Assembly: GCA_010909165.1 (NCBI GenBank)
Contig: MU008157.1
Coordinates: 930,001 to 994,000 of the forward strand
DNA length: 64,000 bases
Direction: 5' to 3'
Source: Anthoceros angustus
Lineage: Eukaryota; Plantae; Anthocerotophyta
Position 1 is the stretch's first letter. Each line of letters starts with the position of its first letter. The notes beneath the pieces are model-generated. The model did no database searches, had not been told where the DNA came from, and saw only the letters and a list, made by a program, of their open reading frames with translations. Both the position numbers and the translations under genes were made by a program. Positions 42,409 to 55,860 of this stretch are shown here, in pieces.

Positions 42409-43856
42409 ATGTACAGGCAGACCAAGGAAGAACTTAAGGTGTTGAGGGAGAGAGCGGATGCTGTAGAGAGGGAAGAACGCAGAAGGCTCATAGATGCTGC
42501 AAAAAAACGTGCTGCAGCTCAGAACGTTGATTATCCTACCTTTGCTGCCATGGTTAGCTTTGGTTGTCTATTCCATTTCTCCGTGCATCATGGTTTACCA
42601 TGGCAGACCTCTTCGTCTGAATCCCCGGAGTGTGAATTTGTTGCCGGATCTTGTAGGTTTCAGTGGCTCATCTGAAGCCTATCCAGAGAAGGAGAGCGGA
42701 TGAGGTGAAGCCAGCACCGGGCAGATGGACACCTCGGGGCTGGTCGTTGGACGAGGCCTTCTGCACAGAGGAGGACAGGATGAGTCAGAGTTTAGCGGAT
42801 GATCCCTTGACTCTGAAAAGATGGCAAGCTTATGAGCGGGAGGCGACCTTGAAGCTTCTGCATACAATGGAGAATGTAGCTGGTGATCCCAAGCCGCAGA
42901 AACACGTGCCTTTGACAAGTGACCAATTCATCAAGGAATGGAGAAAGCTTGCGGGCAATATCAACGACAGGATGCGTCTGTTAAGAAAGATGTCCCCTGA
43001 TGACATCCCGCGCACTTTCAAGGTTGACCTTCCATCCAGGATTCTTACAGAGATATTAGAGGCACTGCGGTGCTGGCAATTGAATGGAATGAGTTGTGCT
43101 CCTGTTGATCCAGAAGCGAGGAAAGGGGATGAATGCCAGGATGTACACAATCCCAGCCTGAACGGCAGTGGGACAACATCCGGCAACATTCAAGCCGCTA
43201 CAGACCTTACAAGCAAACAGCTTCCGCCCGGAAGTCCATGCCCTCCTGATCTAGTAAAGACCTTGGCCAGCATCAAAATGCTCAGTGGCGGTTTGTCCTC
43301 GGAGGAGATGGCAGGTTTGCACATGAGTGGTGAATCAGGAGGAGATCCTAAAGCACTGTCAGCCCTGGCACATCTGCAAGGCCAGAACCCTCGGGGGAAC
43401 AGTAACCTGGAGGCCTCAACAAGGGATGCTGCAGAGGAGACTGCGAGCCAAATAAATTGGGTCACAAATGAGCTAGCCAGCATTGCTGAAGGGCCTCTGC
43501 ACTCTACCTGTGAAGGCAAACACCACATGTTCTTACGCCTGATGAGAAATAGGAAGATGTTGTGGTTGCTGAGAATGCTGAACGCTCTCACAAAATGTGG
43601 GAGATTTGATTTGGCCCTGAAGATGGGAAAAACGGGAAGGGCCACAGCTGCCTCAATTCTGGACCTCCTGGTGGCCGACATCTCCAAGGACAGGGATGAG
43701 GAAGGGAAAGAAAGCGACGAGGCTAGTGGTACAAGAAGCTATTACGAATGTCGGCCCAATTTTGTGACGCCCGTGATACCTTTGCCTACAGACGACGCGG
43801 CCGTGGAACTGGACCTGCAGCAACTGAATCATCTACGGGCCGTTTATCAGCACTAA
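42409..43856 (+). CDS. CCDC103: Axonemal dynein assembly factor CCDC103/DNAAF19 (2 exons: 42409-42552, 42657-43856)
   Basis: Dynein-attachment N-motif (EELK..RERADAVEREERRRLIDAAKKRAAAQNVDYPTFAAMV-SVAHLKP) plus RPAP3-C-like motifs PLTSDQFIKEWRK, FKVDLPSRILTEILEAL, MLNALTKCGRFDLAL. Confidence 0.85.
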
Positions 43857-44259
43857 TCTTACTACCGGTACCTACTTTGGACGTACCCACATACTCTCAA
43901 AGGACGATATGCTGTGAGCTGAATAAAATACTTTAGGTCGGGGGTGGGTTTTGTGGCTACTTGATTTATTATCATCATGTCTGGTCATGTGATGTGACAC
44001 AGTCCATTTTCAATGTGAGACCCTTTCAAAGCCTGGAGGTGTCCGAGAGGTTCGTCTCGGGAAGTGAACAGGCGAATCATGGGCACTACGCAGTGCTCTG
44101 CATAGGGCCAAGCACATATTCGACAACGATTGATAGATAATCTCAAAACTTTGGCGGCGACATTTCGGTGTGCTCATTTTCCTTTCAATCGGGTCCGAGG
44201 AATCCAAGCCTCACCAGGTGTTACAACTAAGTGAACCATAGACTTGAGGCATCAAACCT

Positions 44260-45140
44260 GCCGCACCTGCGAAGGGTGAAATGGCCGTCAACCGCGCACT
44301 TCCCTCAGGCGTGCATGCGGAAGGGACTTCTCAATCTGTGGCGGGTGCAGCAGTGTTCGAAGCAGACTCAAGATTGAACACACAACAGGTAGAGCCCAAA
44401 TGAAAGGCGACCTTCAAAATGGTGGACCTGTGGAAACTCGGCCTCTAGACCCAACCATCTAGTAGGCCGACCACACAGACATACCACATGCACTCACAAA
44501 GCGGATCTAAACATCCCAGACGAGACCTAACTGATATTGTTTGATCCTGGTCAACTTCCACAGAATAGTGCTTCACAACATGCACTATAATTAGCTGCTG
44601 CAAACCCATCATGAGATTTACCCAAATTCCATCAGAACTTCAGGTCAGGCAAGTAACCATAGGCAAGCCCTGACAAGCCGTGGGCTTCCCAACTTGTGAC
44701 AGAAGAAATCTTCAAAAGTGAGGAGATTATTACCAGCAGTTGTGAGACCAGCCTCAGAGGGAGGGAAAATCACCATTTTTAGGATATGCCAGAGTGAACA
44801 GGCAAAAGAGTTTTGAGTTCTTAAACAATGAACCAATGAGGGCACGGAGCATCAGTGATACCAGATTTCTTGTCAACAGGACCTACCTGAAATTCAGAGA
44901 TCAAGTGTGAAACATCCTCTGCCATCAGCCCTCATCACTATGCAAGTTCCGGAGTCATGGACGACAAGCAGATCAGACAAACAGCAGACTCCTAATGCGG
45001 GCCGTGACACCCACCAGCGTAAACAGTATCAAGAAAGCCGAGATGCAGTGTCTACGACGGTCAGTGAATCAGATTAGCAGAGACATGAAAATGTTGTGAC
45101 CAGAAACTTTCCCAACCTCAGGAAATGCTTGTTCGACTAA
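44260..45140. pseudogene. Decayed coding-like segment, LRR-like; paralog of 23820-24610
   Basis: Same-orientation collinear similarity to 23820-24610, with many stops. Confidence 0.4.
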
Positions 45141-45594
45141 CCCAATAAGTCGTTTGTAAACTTACTTTCCAACATTACGGACATACCTTGGAGCTTCCAC
45201 CACAGCAGAATCCAGCAACAGTACATAGTGGAATACAGACTACTGCCCGAGATGCAGACCTAGTGCGTGATACCCACCATAGCTTCCACAAACAATCTAA
45301 GATAGCTTGATTGCAGAAGACAATGTGAGGGACAATCTTATATACTCACTCTCTACTACCTGTCACCTCCCAGAAGATCCAGGCCCAAGAGTCTCCCTGT
45401 GACTTACTCTTGAACCAGGTTGATGGAAACCCGATCCTTAATTAGCATGTACCGTTGTCCTCGTCAGATATGCATGGGCTCTGGAGCGATCCAGAAGGGA
45501 GAAGCCCCTGCAAAATCAAACCCTACTGACAACATGCTAGGTGCAGAAGCGAGAAACTACAGGGCCTGATTGCTTACAGCTGTTCAAACCTCTC

Positions 45595-47444
45595 TCAGGT
45601 TCTGAATGAACCAGGAGCTCCAGGAGGAGAGGGGCCATAGGAATTGCTTGCAGTTTGTGCTGGTCGTGGCAAGGCCCCAGGAGGCTGACTGTAGTTATAG
45701 CTGTTCTGCACTGGAACGCCTGCAGGTGGACCCCTTGGTTGTTGAGGGGAGTTGTAATTGCCGCTTTGTCCGGAAGGTAGTGCTGAAGGCGGACCAGCTG
45801 GAGGTCCACCTGGAGGAGGTCCTCCAGGAGGCCCTGCTGCACCCTGGCGCTGCTGGCCATACCCACCAGAGGATGCAGGCGGGCCATAGTTATAGCCATA
45901 ACCAGTTGCTGCAGGGGGCCCAGGAGGTCTTTGTTGGGGCGGAGGCTGCGGCTGCGGCGGCTGCTGCTGCTGCTGCTGCTGCTGCTGTGGCGGCGGCTGC
46001 GGTTGGGGCATCTGCTGGTACGCACCAGGAGGGCCTGCAGCGGGGCCTCCAGGGGGGCCTGCAGGTTGGCCAGCAAGAAGGCCATTAACAGATGAAGGCG
46101 TAGAAGCAAGTGACCTTACCCCTGGAGCACCTGGCGGGGATAAAGTTGGTGGCCTCCCAATACCATTCACCTGTGCCATGCCACCACTCGTCGGTAGAGC
46201 AGCAACCGGTGGTCTGAATGTAGGTGGCGGCCCATACCCTCCTACAAAGCGCACATACAAATGGACGACACACCCGTCAGTCATGCAACAATAACTGATT
46301 CCCACCGTACCTGATGAGTGACACTAGAGACAACACTACTTGGAAGGCCAGTACACAGCTCAGCACTCCCCCGTGAGTTAATATTCACATGTTCACCTGG
46401 ATTTCCTGTTGGAGGAGGCAAAACTGGAGGTCGGATAGTAGGCAGAAGAGGTGGCTGAGATGAACCTGGGGGGCCGCCTGGCACCGGTAGACTCGGGGGC
46501 GGTAAAACCGGCACAGAATGCTTGTAGCCTAGTGCGTAATGCTGGTGAATTGCAGCACCTACTTGTTGATGGAACACAGCAGCTGTCTGGCCCAAGTGTT
46601 CCTTCACTTTCTGGTCAATCAGACTTTGCGTCTGCTGCTCTTCAAACTGCTGGTAATAGGCCCTGACATTCGCCTGCATTGATGGAAGATGCGCCACAAG
46701 ACACACGGGTTGCAGCAGACAAATCAGCAACAGGTACACAGTCAATGGCGGTCAGCGGCCTTCATGCAAACAAGTGCCATATGCTGGACCAGTACCTTAT
46801 GCTTATACCCTGCATTATGCTGCTTCCTGACAGACGGCTGCCACAACACACAACAAGAACCACTGTCAATACCGTAAGACAAACAAGCAAGAAGCAAGAC
46901 CAAACAAGGTCAGGCTCTCACCGAGTCATGCGTCAAATAGGTGTCGCAGTAGTCACAGTAATATCTGCACATACCGAGAAAACGAAAGATGAAGAAAAAT
47001 CACCCCAATTCCATGCAACTTACAATCCCTGAACATCCCACAAAATTGCCACCAGACTCAGAAACGCAAACCCCATCTTCAGATTCCGAGCTGCACTCCG
47101 ACCGGCATTCCAACCCTTCGTCGGACAGACCAGCCAACAAAGACACCAGATCCGAAATCATCCATCCACCCATTCCCGCCACTTCCCCCCAAACCCAAAC
47201 CCTAAAACCTCCACCAAGGCCCGCTCCCGGCTCGGCTGCACCACAAAGACGGGACCCAGGCAGCCGTTGTGGAGTGGAAGAAGCAGGCGGACACGCAACA
47301 TCCACGCCCCCGCACTGACACCACACACAAGGGGCACGTCGGCAGGCTTGATTCCGGCATTGCTTCCAAGACCCCCAAAATCCCCAAACACCCCGCAAAC
47401 CTGTCACACTCCGTGTGCTGAGCACTGCAGACATACCTAGGCAT
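45595..47444 (-). CDS. SNRPC: U1 snRNP protein C (multi-exon)
   Basis: MPR|YYCDYCDTYLTHDS|PSVRKQHNAGYKHK|ANVRAYYQQFEEQQTQSLIDQ is the matrin-type zinc finger. Long Pro/Gly/Gln-rich tail, TGA at 45595. Confidence 0.96.
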
Positions 47445-48099
47445 GGTGCGCGACAAGGGCGGCCCAGCAGTGAGATTCAGGTGGCAGGACCGCAGCTGGA
47501 CGCAAATCTCCTCTAGGCGCCGTGTCGCTGCTACGGGAGGCGGGAGCAAGGCGCGAGAGGCGTGGCCCTAACCGGACCTTAACCCACCCGCGGTTAGCTC
47601 ACCCGCTCGGTCCCACTCTGCAGGATGGGATGTCATAACGGTCGCTGGAATCCAGTCCCACGAAAGTTAAAAAGAGCTGGAATTTTAGCCATGCACATGG
47701 CACGATCTCGCTACTGTTGCTCCTCTCCCTTACTTGCTTGCCCGCCCATTTTCTACCACGTCAAAGCACAATTTCAACCAACTCCTCCTCACACTTTGCC
47801 TTATATAGACCAGCTGCCTCCTTTGTTGCTCTTCGATCTACACCGCCTCCAAACTCCAGCTTGTAGACAGCTATGCCACACAAAGTTTGCTTTTGGAGTC
47901 AAGAAGAGGCATTTTACACTAGCTGTTCTCTTCTATTTAAATTCAGCTCACTTGCAAGAAAGCCCTTCCAACATGGTACAAACTTATCTCCAACCTATCT
48001 TGTAGTGGAGATACTAATGGAATACTACTACCCATGAATATCACCCTAATCCATCCTCAGCGATGATAAAAAGCTGAGATAGTTTCGCAAACACTATTG

Positions 48100-48225
48100 G
48101 GATGAGAAACTAATCCCCCGAGTTATGAAAGCCATGGTCAGGCTCTATAGGATGAAAAACTAATCTCTCTGGTTCTAAAGGCCTCATTGGGCTCTACCGG
48201 ATGAGAAACTAATCCCTCCACTGCT
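48100..48225. repeat. Degenerate ~50-bp tandem repeat, 3 copies
   Basis: GGATGA(G/A)AAACTAATC at ~48100, ~48150 and ~48199, with related intervening sequence. Confidence 0.75.
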
Positions 48226-49103
48226 AAATCCCTCTGAGGGATGGCTCGTAGAGGTCTTTATTGGGCTGGGTTGTGGAGCTGACAATGTAAGGAGGTCTGA
48301 AAAGGTCTCATTCGGGAAACCCTACCAACTCCATGGAACGTATGTATTTTTGGCTGTCATAAGACCGCTTGTAACCACTGACCTCATAGGCTGATGTATT
48401 AAAAAAGAAAAAAAAAACATACGCGGCAGTAAACTAGCTACCAAGTTCAATTTTAAGGATCAGAGATGATAGATGAGATGCGAGCAAGACTTGGGTGAAT
48501 ATGGAACACGCATCCTCTATATTATAGAAGAAAAACGCTCAGAGTGCGGGAGTTGCGGGAGCGTCGATAAATATCTAAAGAAGGAATGTTGTGTGGGCTG
48601 CATGTCTGTTTGACGGGAAGACGGGGGGAGGGGCGAGGCCCTAACCGTGGTTAGGGTGGGACCCAGCGGGCGGGAGGCAGGACAGGGAGCGAGGGAGGGG
48701 CAGGGCGGGAGCAGGCAAAACGCGCGAGCGAGGGAAGGAGACACAGAGAAAGAGAGCAAGAGCAGGCACAAAGTTGCCTCTTCTTCGCCCACACTCCCGG
48801 CACGCACCATCTCCACCCGCCAGCCACAGGCGGCACGCCACAGCTGTCTCCGCCACCGCTGCACGGGAGGGGCCGGGAAGCGTGGAGCAGGAGGGAAGGT
48901 GATGCAAGGGGGAAAGGGAAGGAAGGAGGCAGGGCAAGGGAAGGAGGAGGAGGAGGAGGAGCAGAAGGAGGAGGAGGAGGAGGAGGAGGAGGAGGAGGAG
49001 GACACAGCAGCAGTGGCAGCAGGTAGCGACAAACGGAGAGGCCCATGCGGGGGCCTGCAAGCTCTGGAATGCCGGAGTCTCCGTGTCGTCAGGGACCGCA
49101 GCT

Positions 49104-51392
49104 ATGGAGTCGCAGTCGCCTCCAGATTCCCACGCCAACACGCCAAAGCGCCCTGCCAACGTCCCGCCTGCCGCAGGTGATGCTGGATCTGCCCGATTGC
49201 CTCGCTTCCTGCCTAGATCCATTTTTTCGTGCTGCGAATCCGGCTGGATCTTGGCTGTCCGCTTGTTTTTTGGTGACTGCGGCGTGCCTGCGTGCTGTGT
49301 TGCCGCAATCCGTGGATTGGAATGCTTCTGCAATTTTCCTCCCGTTGCCGCTCGCGTCTGTCTGTGTCATTCGCGTTTAGGTTGTAGCGGAATGCTGGAT
49401 ATTCGCGGCTAGGTTGTGCCGGGATGCTGGATGTTGTTTAGCGGGCCCGGGCTTGGAGCAGGACCTAGTTCGATCTGTTGTAATTGTACGCGGCCGGAGC
49501 GGATCGTGCGCCTCTTGTGGAGGGGCGAATTTGTGCCTCGACTTGTTGGATGCGTTGTAGGATGTTTGGTGTGCAGATGGTTCATGTACGGGCTTTCCAA
49601 TTTTGTTGCTGTAATTCTGTCCTGCGGGGGAATCGTTCCGCTGGCTTCCGAATTTGCCCGCGTGGGCTGGACTCTCGTTTTTTGCCCTTCTCCTGACTTT
49701 CTTCGCTCTGTGTCGCAGAGAATGTGAGCAACGCTCAATCTAGTGTACGGTTTCTTATATCCAACGCAGCAGCCGGATCGGTTATAGGAAAAGGTGGCGC
49801 CACTATTAGCGAGTTCCAAGCACAGTCAGGATCCAGAATTCAACTCTCCCGTAATCATGAGTATTTCCCAGGGACTACCGATCGCATTATTCTACTCAGC
49901 GGAACTATTAATGAAGTCTTGACGGCTCTTCATCTCATTCTCACCAAGATCCTCAATGAGGTACGTTCAGCTTTCAAGCATCTTGGTGTCCGCCGAGGTG
50001 ATCAGTTTGTGCAAGTACCTGCTGGATCACCTACCGTCACAGCGCCAAATTCACTTGCATTTGATCAGGTGAACGTGGCTGAGGATGAGCATGAGGCTGA
50101 GCAGAAGCCGAATCAAGTCAGGCTTGTGGTGCCGAACAATGTTTGTGGAGCTATTATTGGCAAGGGTGGTGCCACGATCAAGTACGGTGGCGTAAGCCCA
50201 GCCCTTGCCCATCTTTGCCGGATGATAGTGACATACATCCCTGGCGTGTTAAGCAAGTCCGATGGTATTCGTGTCGTGGTTAGTAACCATGGCTGACGTT
50301 GTTTCCCAGATCAATGGTGGAGGATTCTCGAGCCAACATAAAGCTCTCATCTCAGGATCAGGCCTTGACTGGAATTAGCGACAGAGTGGTGACAATCACT
50401 GGGACTCTGGATCAACAACTTAGAGCAGTTGCACTTATCATAACAAAGCTTTCAGAGGACCCTAACTATGCCCAGTACGCAAATGCTCCAATCTCCTATC
50501 CCGGTACAGCTACACTTATCTGGTTTGGAGCTTCACCATGTTTAAAGTGTGAGCTTGTTAAGCGCCTCACCAGGTGACGAGTGTGTTTTGCTGTAGGGAC
50601 TGGCGTACTGAGTCTACAGAACATTCGAACCCGCTTTGCAGCTACCTCACTCAATGCTGGGTATCCTATGTCCATCTCTCCACCGCCTTACCAATTGACT
50701 CCTACTTTTGGAAGCCGGGCAAAGGTAAACCTCTTCACATGCTTGTAAGGTTTACAGCTTGCCTCACCAGACCACCCTGATTTGGACTGGAAAGTGCGGA
50801 TAGCAGTGACAGTGATTTCCTTGTGGTTGTTTACAGGGTTTGATGTCGCCGTTGTCAGCTAGATCGCCTGTACAAATTACTTTACCTGTTGTACAAGAGG
50901 GTCCTTTGACCACGTCCTTAACCGTGGCTGTGCCTGATGAAAGAATTGGGGCAATAGTAGGTCGTGCTGGGAAAACCATCACAGAAATCCAGCAGGCAAG
51001 TTCAATATTGCTTCTTGTTGATCATCCCTTTGCAGGTTTGCTGTGGACACTAGTCTTGTTCGTTATCACAACCTGGCACATGAATACCATTATATTGTCA
51101 TTGCCTTCCTCCATGTGACAGGCAAGTGGAGTGAGGATCAAAATATCAGACCGTGGAGACTTTCTTGCTGGGACCAAAGACAGGTTAGTTCATGACCTCA
51201 TGTCGGATTTGTTCTGGCTCAGGACTAACGGATCATGATCCACTCCGAGGACAGTGTTCTGGAGCTTAATAGAGCGTTGTATTTTGCTGCAGGAAAGTCA
51301 CAATCTCGGGGACTGCAGAAGGTGTGCGGCTGGCACAGCACCTTTTAACCCAGAAGGTCCAGCAAAGTATGGTATCTGATTTTGAAAGGTGA
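49104..51392 (+). CDS. BTR1: BTR1/NOVA-like triple-KH RNA-binding protein (multi-exon)
   Basis: KH1 [36 protein letters not shown]2 [19 protein letters not shown]3 [24 protein letters not shown]. Ends [13 protein letters not shown]. Confidence 0.93.
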
Positions 51393-52423
51393 GAAGCCAT
51401 GCTCAGTATGCTATGTTGGTGGTAGTGAAAGCAAGTTCGTGCAACAAATTCACCTATGTGACACATAGTGAGATAGCCAGGATGTGAAGGTGACAGCCTA
51501 CGAAGAACGGGAGAATCTGAAAGTTGCTGATTGGTGGTATGCAGACAGCAAATTCTAGTTTTCTTTATGAATTATCTCGTGAAATTAATAGGCATTTTGT
51601 CCATATGACGTTGAAAGCCATGCTGAGTTAATACTTTTTTTGGAGTTCTTAATGGACATGTGGGTCTGTCGGTTAAAATACTTTTTGCAGTCAGTAGTTT
51701 TTCATGGCCAGATTTGAACTTTCTGCTGTACTGATCGATGACCTGTTGTTGCAGTGGGAGAATGTCTCCAACTCCAGCTTATCTGTAGCTTGCAGTCCAT
51801 CTTCCGTGCTCTGTTGCGTGAAGGTGCGTGGAACAGTCCAGGCTGGGCGTGATTCACAGGGTGGTACCGGGCTTCAGATGGTCGGAGTCAAAATTTTGGC
51901 TGTGCGCCGTGGTCTTATCTTCACATCTTCTCTCCAGCATCTAGGAATTGTTTTTATGATTCGTGACCATTTCAAACTTTGAAGTGAGACTGACATTCTA
52001 AAATATAAAACGGACCTCGCTGTCGCAAGTGTACTTTTGGACAGTGGAGGGTGGCAGGGAGTTTGTTTCAGATTGATCTTGAAAATTAGAGGATAGTGGA
52101 AAGCACTGAACTCAGGCATCTAGCTAGGTAGTTATTCTGGGCGTTACATTATGCGGAATGCTTTGATGTCCTACCAACACTTAGAGGGAAAATGATGGAC
52201 AGTTATCAAGGCCTTTGACCTCTGGCTTTCAACAGTGGCAACTATGAATGTGTCAGGCTGCCGACAAAGCTGCTTGAAGTTGTCCATTGACCCCTTTTAC
52301 AGCGGAATGTGACCCATGCACAAGCTCAAAACAGGACATCATATTCCGATCCGATTTCAAACGAGAAAAACTTCGACGGGAAGCTTAGTTTACAAGATTG
52401 ACAGACGAGGAAACGGCAACCTT

Positions 52424-55400
52424 CTAGGCAGCTCCTTTCTGTGCGGATAGCTCTTGATTGACTTTCGCTCGTTCTATAGCAGGCAAGCTGTAGTACTTCT
52501 GTCCTGTTCTCCTCTCCCACTGTCCAGAAAGCAGATAACTTTAAGGGGAGAAGATAACACCGTTACAGAAAATACAGCAAGGAAAAGAAGTTGCACCGCA
52601 AGGGAGAAAGCTGACATACCTCTCTGATATCTCTCAAAGAATGGAGTCTTGGCTCATACTGTGGCACAGGCCTAACCTTCCGGTTATGCTGCACAAATTG
52701 CCGACATTTTCAGGACAAGTCAAACAAGGAAACTGTTCAAGAAGGTCAGTTCCGGAAAATATCGCAAATGGTTCAACTTCACGAACAGTGCTCTTCAGTT
52801 TGACTTTTTCAAACATCACTCATACCTCCGCAATCAATGCAGCTAGGTCAGATCCTTTTTCTTGAGATACAGATGCTCTGATCCCTACACTGCCAAGTGC
52901 CTTAGGACTCCTGTTAACTCCAGGAATTGCCTTCCTGGAAGCTTCGGAAGATAGAGCACACACGCTCCTGCGAAAGGCTGGCCCATTCGAGATTGCCACC
53001 ACTCGCTGACATCCAAGTAGACGTCAGTGTGGGACAAAACGTGTACACAAGCAAGAGATACCACGCGAGAAGATATGAGAACCCTACCTTTGATGGTGGA
53101 TGGTTTGACAGACTTTGTCCCATTCTGCTAGGTCTTGGTACCGCTGTATCGGGCCGAGTTTTTGAGCGGTCTCCTACGAAAACAGGCCGCTTAACTGCGG
53201 GGTCCACAGACCGTCTGATAGCCTCTTTGTGCTGAAACACGGGCATGCTCGTCCTCAATACCTCTTTCTGGTGCAGTTTAGACCGATCCAAGGTTGTCCG
53301 AGGCTTGGTTGTCACATCAGCAATCTGCTGAGGTTTGCTAACTGTTTCCAGACCAAGGTTCTCCTTGTTACCCTTGGGCGGCCTTCCTTTACCATCATCC
53401 TTTGAGTGTGCTCCTCCTTGAGCTTTAGTCTGTGCCTTCAAGGGTTTCCTAGGTTTGACAGTGCTGACTACATGACAGTTAACCGGTTCTCCGTCGGTCA
53501 CCCCAGCAGGACCACTTGATTTGACACACCTCCCCACACCTTTCCCTGCAACATTTGCTGACTTGAAACTCTCAGATGACGAGCCCATAGGAGAATTGCA
53601 GACTGTAGAACTACCTGAGCAGGTTCGCCGACCTACTGATGTGCCTCCGACATGTGGCAACGTGCTCCGTCTTGATATTCTCTCATCTTTGCACGGTTCA
53701 GCGATCCTGACACATGACTCATGTCCTCCTCTTGCAACAGACATGCTGGAACATCCACTTTCCATAGAGAGATCATAGTTTTCCTCCTGTTGAGATATTT
53801 CACCATCCTCATCCATGTCCAGCCTATTAATCCTACTGTCATCAGCTGCTTCAACTGCAGGGTGATCCACATTCTGCTCCTGTTTCACACGGAGCGCACC
53901 ACCCCAACCCTTCCACAGTGGGAATGCCTTGAAAATTTCATCTCCCTGGCATGAGTCGTTCCCTTCACCCTGCCAACCCACGGTGGCCGGATCCATGTCT
54001 TCCATAGGATGAAACCTTTCACCTGCCTGAGCTACAGTTCTGTCGTCTTTGACAGCCAAGTCCACCCTGTCAAATCTGCTGTCATCACCCACCTCAACTG
54101 CAGGGAGTTCTACAATATCATCTTGCTTCACACGGAGAGCACCTCCCCAGCTCTTCCGTAGTCTGTTTGACTCAAGAGGCTCGTCCCTCGGATATGAGAC
54201 TACTCCTTCTACTCCTCCTAATTGCACACCAACGTCTGAAACAAAGTCAAATCGGCCTCCTGCTTCGGTTCCCTCACCATCCACAAGCATGTGCAGGCTC
54301 TCATCAGGGACCTCTAGGTGTTCATCCTGCTTCACACGGAGTGCACCTCCCCAGCTCTTCCGTAGTCTGTTTGATTTGAGAGGCTCGGCCCTTGGACATG
54401 AGACTACTCCTTCTGTTTGCACACCCGCATCTGGAACAAAGCCAAATCGATCTCCTGTTTGAGTTCCCGCACCATCCACAACCATGTGCAGGCTCTCATC
54501 AGGGACCTCTAAATGCTCATCCTGCTTCACACGGAGCGCACCTCCCCAGCTCTTCCGCAATCTGTTCGATGCATTCTGCTTCAGAGCTACGGATATTTGA
54601 GCGGACCAATCTGGAATGGGCTTTCTATCAAAAGGCGAAAAATCATCTGGGATTCGTTCAGGCTGTTCCAAGCCTTGAAATTCAAGTGCACTAGCATGGG
54701 TTGCTCCTTGTGCCAGCTCCTCAGTCTTTTCCACTGCGAATGCTGATGTGCAAGACGAATCTGGCAGATCTCCACCCGATAGCTTGACATTCAAGTTATG
54801 GTCTCGGTATACACTGGGCTGAGAATCATAAATTTCTGATATGCCGAAGTACTTTCTCCGCACTTGGGTTAAGCTTGTAGAGGACCCCACACTTTCTAGG
54901 GAAATTTTGGCAGCTTGAACCGGTGAAAGGTAGACACTATTGCCTGGGTTGAAAGATTCGCTACTACCCTCTTTGCTAGTCGAATTGAAGCCTGTGCCAA
55001 GCACAGCAGACTCGGTTGTCGGACAAGGCCTGTAGGATCAGAAGATTAATAAGCAAAAAACCAGGGCAGACACAGCACAAGATACAAGCTTCAGGGAAAA
55101 TAACTGCACACCTCTCAGAGTCAGAGTCTTCATTCAGGCAGAGTGGCTGGACCCTCTTTGAGCTCCTACCATTCGTAGACTTTTGCCGTTCCCAAGCCTC
55201 TCCTCTGAGACCTTCAGCAGGTGCGTTTGACACTTTAGGTGCTGCGACTGCTGACTTCTTCTTTTGTAATGGTCGAGGGCCGGGAGGTGGAGGAGGAGAA
55301 ACGAGGTCCACAAGATGCAACAACGGAGTCTCGTGATGCCTGGAAGCCGAGGACTGAGGTCAGAGTCAGCTGTGTCAGTCTGCTGAAAAGGGAAGGCACA

Positions 55401-55860
55401 GACTGGAGAGCACAAGAACATACCAATGACTCGTATGGAACCAGGGATCGTCTCTGTAAGCAACACAGTGGGACAAACAATGCAGGTCAGCCTCTCTCAC
55501 ACATGCAAGAATAAAGAAGATTCAAGATCCTGCTCGCCGGCGTACATTCAAGTACCTACCCTTCACACCCCTCCAAAGCCGCCTCCAACGTGAGGTCCAC
55601 CCACTTCGGTGCATCAATATCCTCCTGCACAAATCCAGCAACCAATTTTCCTTGAAATCCTCCCTTTCAGCATAATTGCAGAACCAATGCTCCTCTCCGA
55701 ACACCATATCTTTGCTAACCAAACCACGCTGCCGGAACCAAAGCCTAAACCCTGAGCAGCGGGACAGGCAGTACAGTAGTACCAAGAAAGCCCAGTGATC
55801 ATCAGGCGGCTTCAGCGTCGCATGAGCGGCAGCCAGCTGGAATGCGTGCCTGGCCAGCAT
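52424..55860 (-). CDS. Uncharacterised plant protein with a TPX2-N-like (DAP...DxWF) motif, four internal WGGALRVKQ repeats and a conserved-looking C-terminal domain
   Basis: Spliced N-terminus DHWAFL|EDIDAPKWVDLTLEA..G|DDPWFHTSH. Large exon ~55000-53090. Spliced C-terminus DLAALIAE|HNRKVRPVPQYEPRLHSLRDIRE|WERRTGQKYYSLPAIERAKVNQELSAQKGAA*. GT-AG junctions keep the frame. Confidence 0.75.

Noticed and set aside
48100-48225. CRISPR-like repeat-spacer appearance
   Set aside because: The genome is eukaryotic, the spacers resemble each other, the core is only 16 bp and there are no cas genes.
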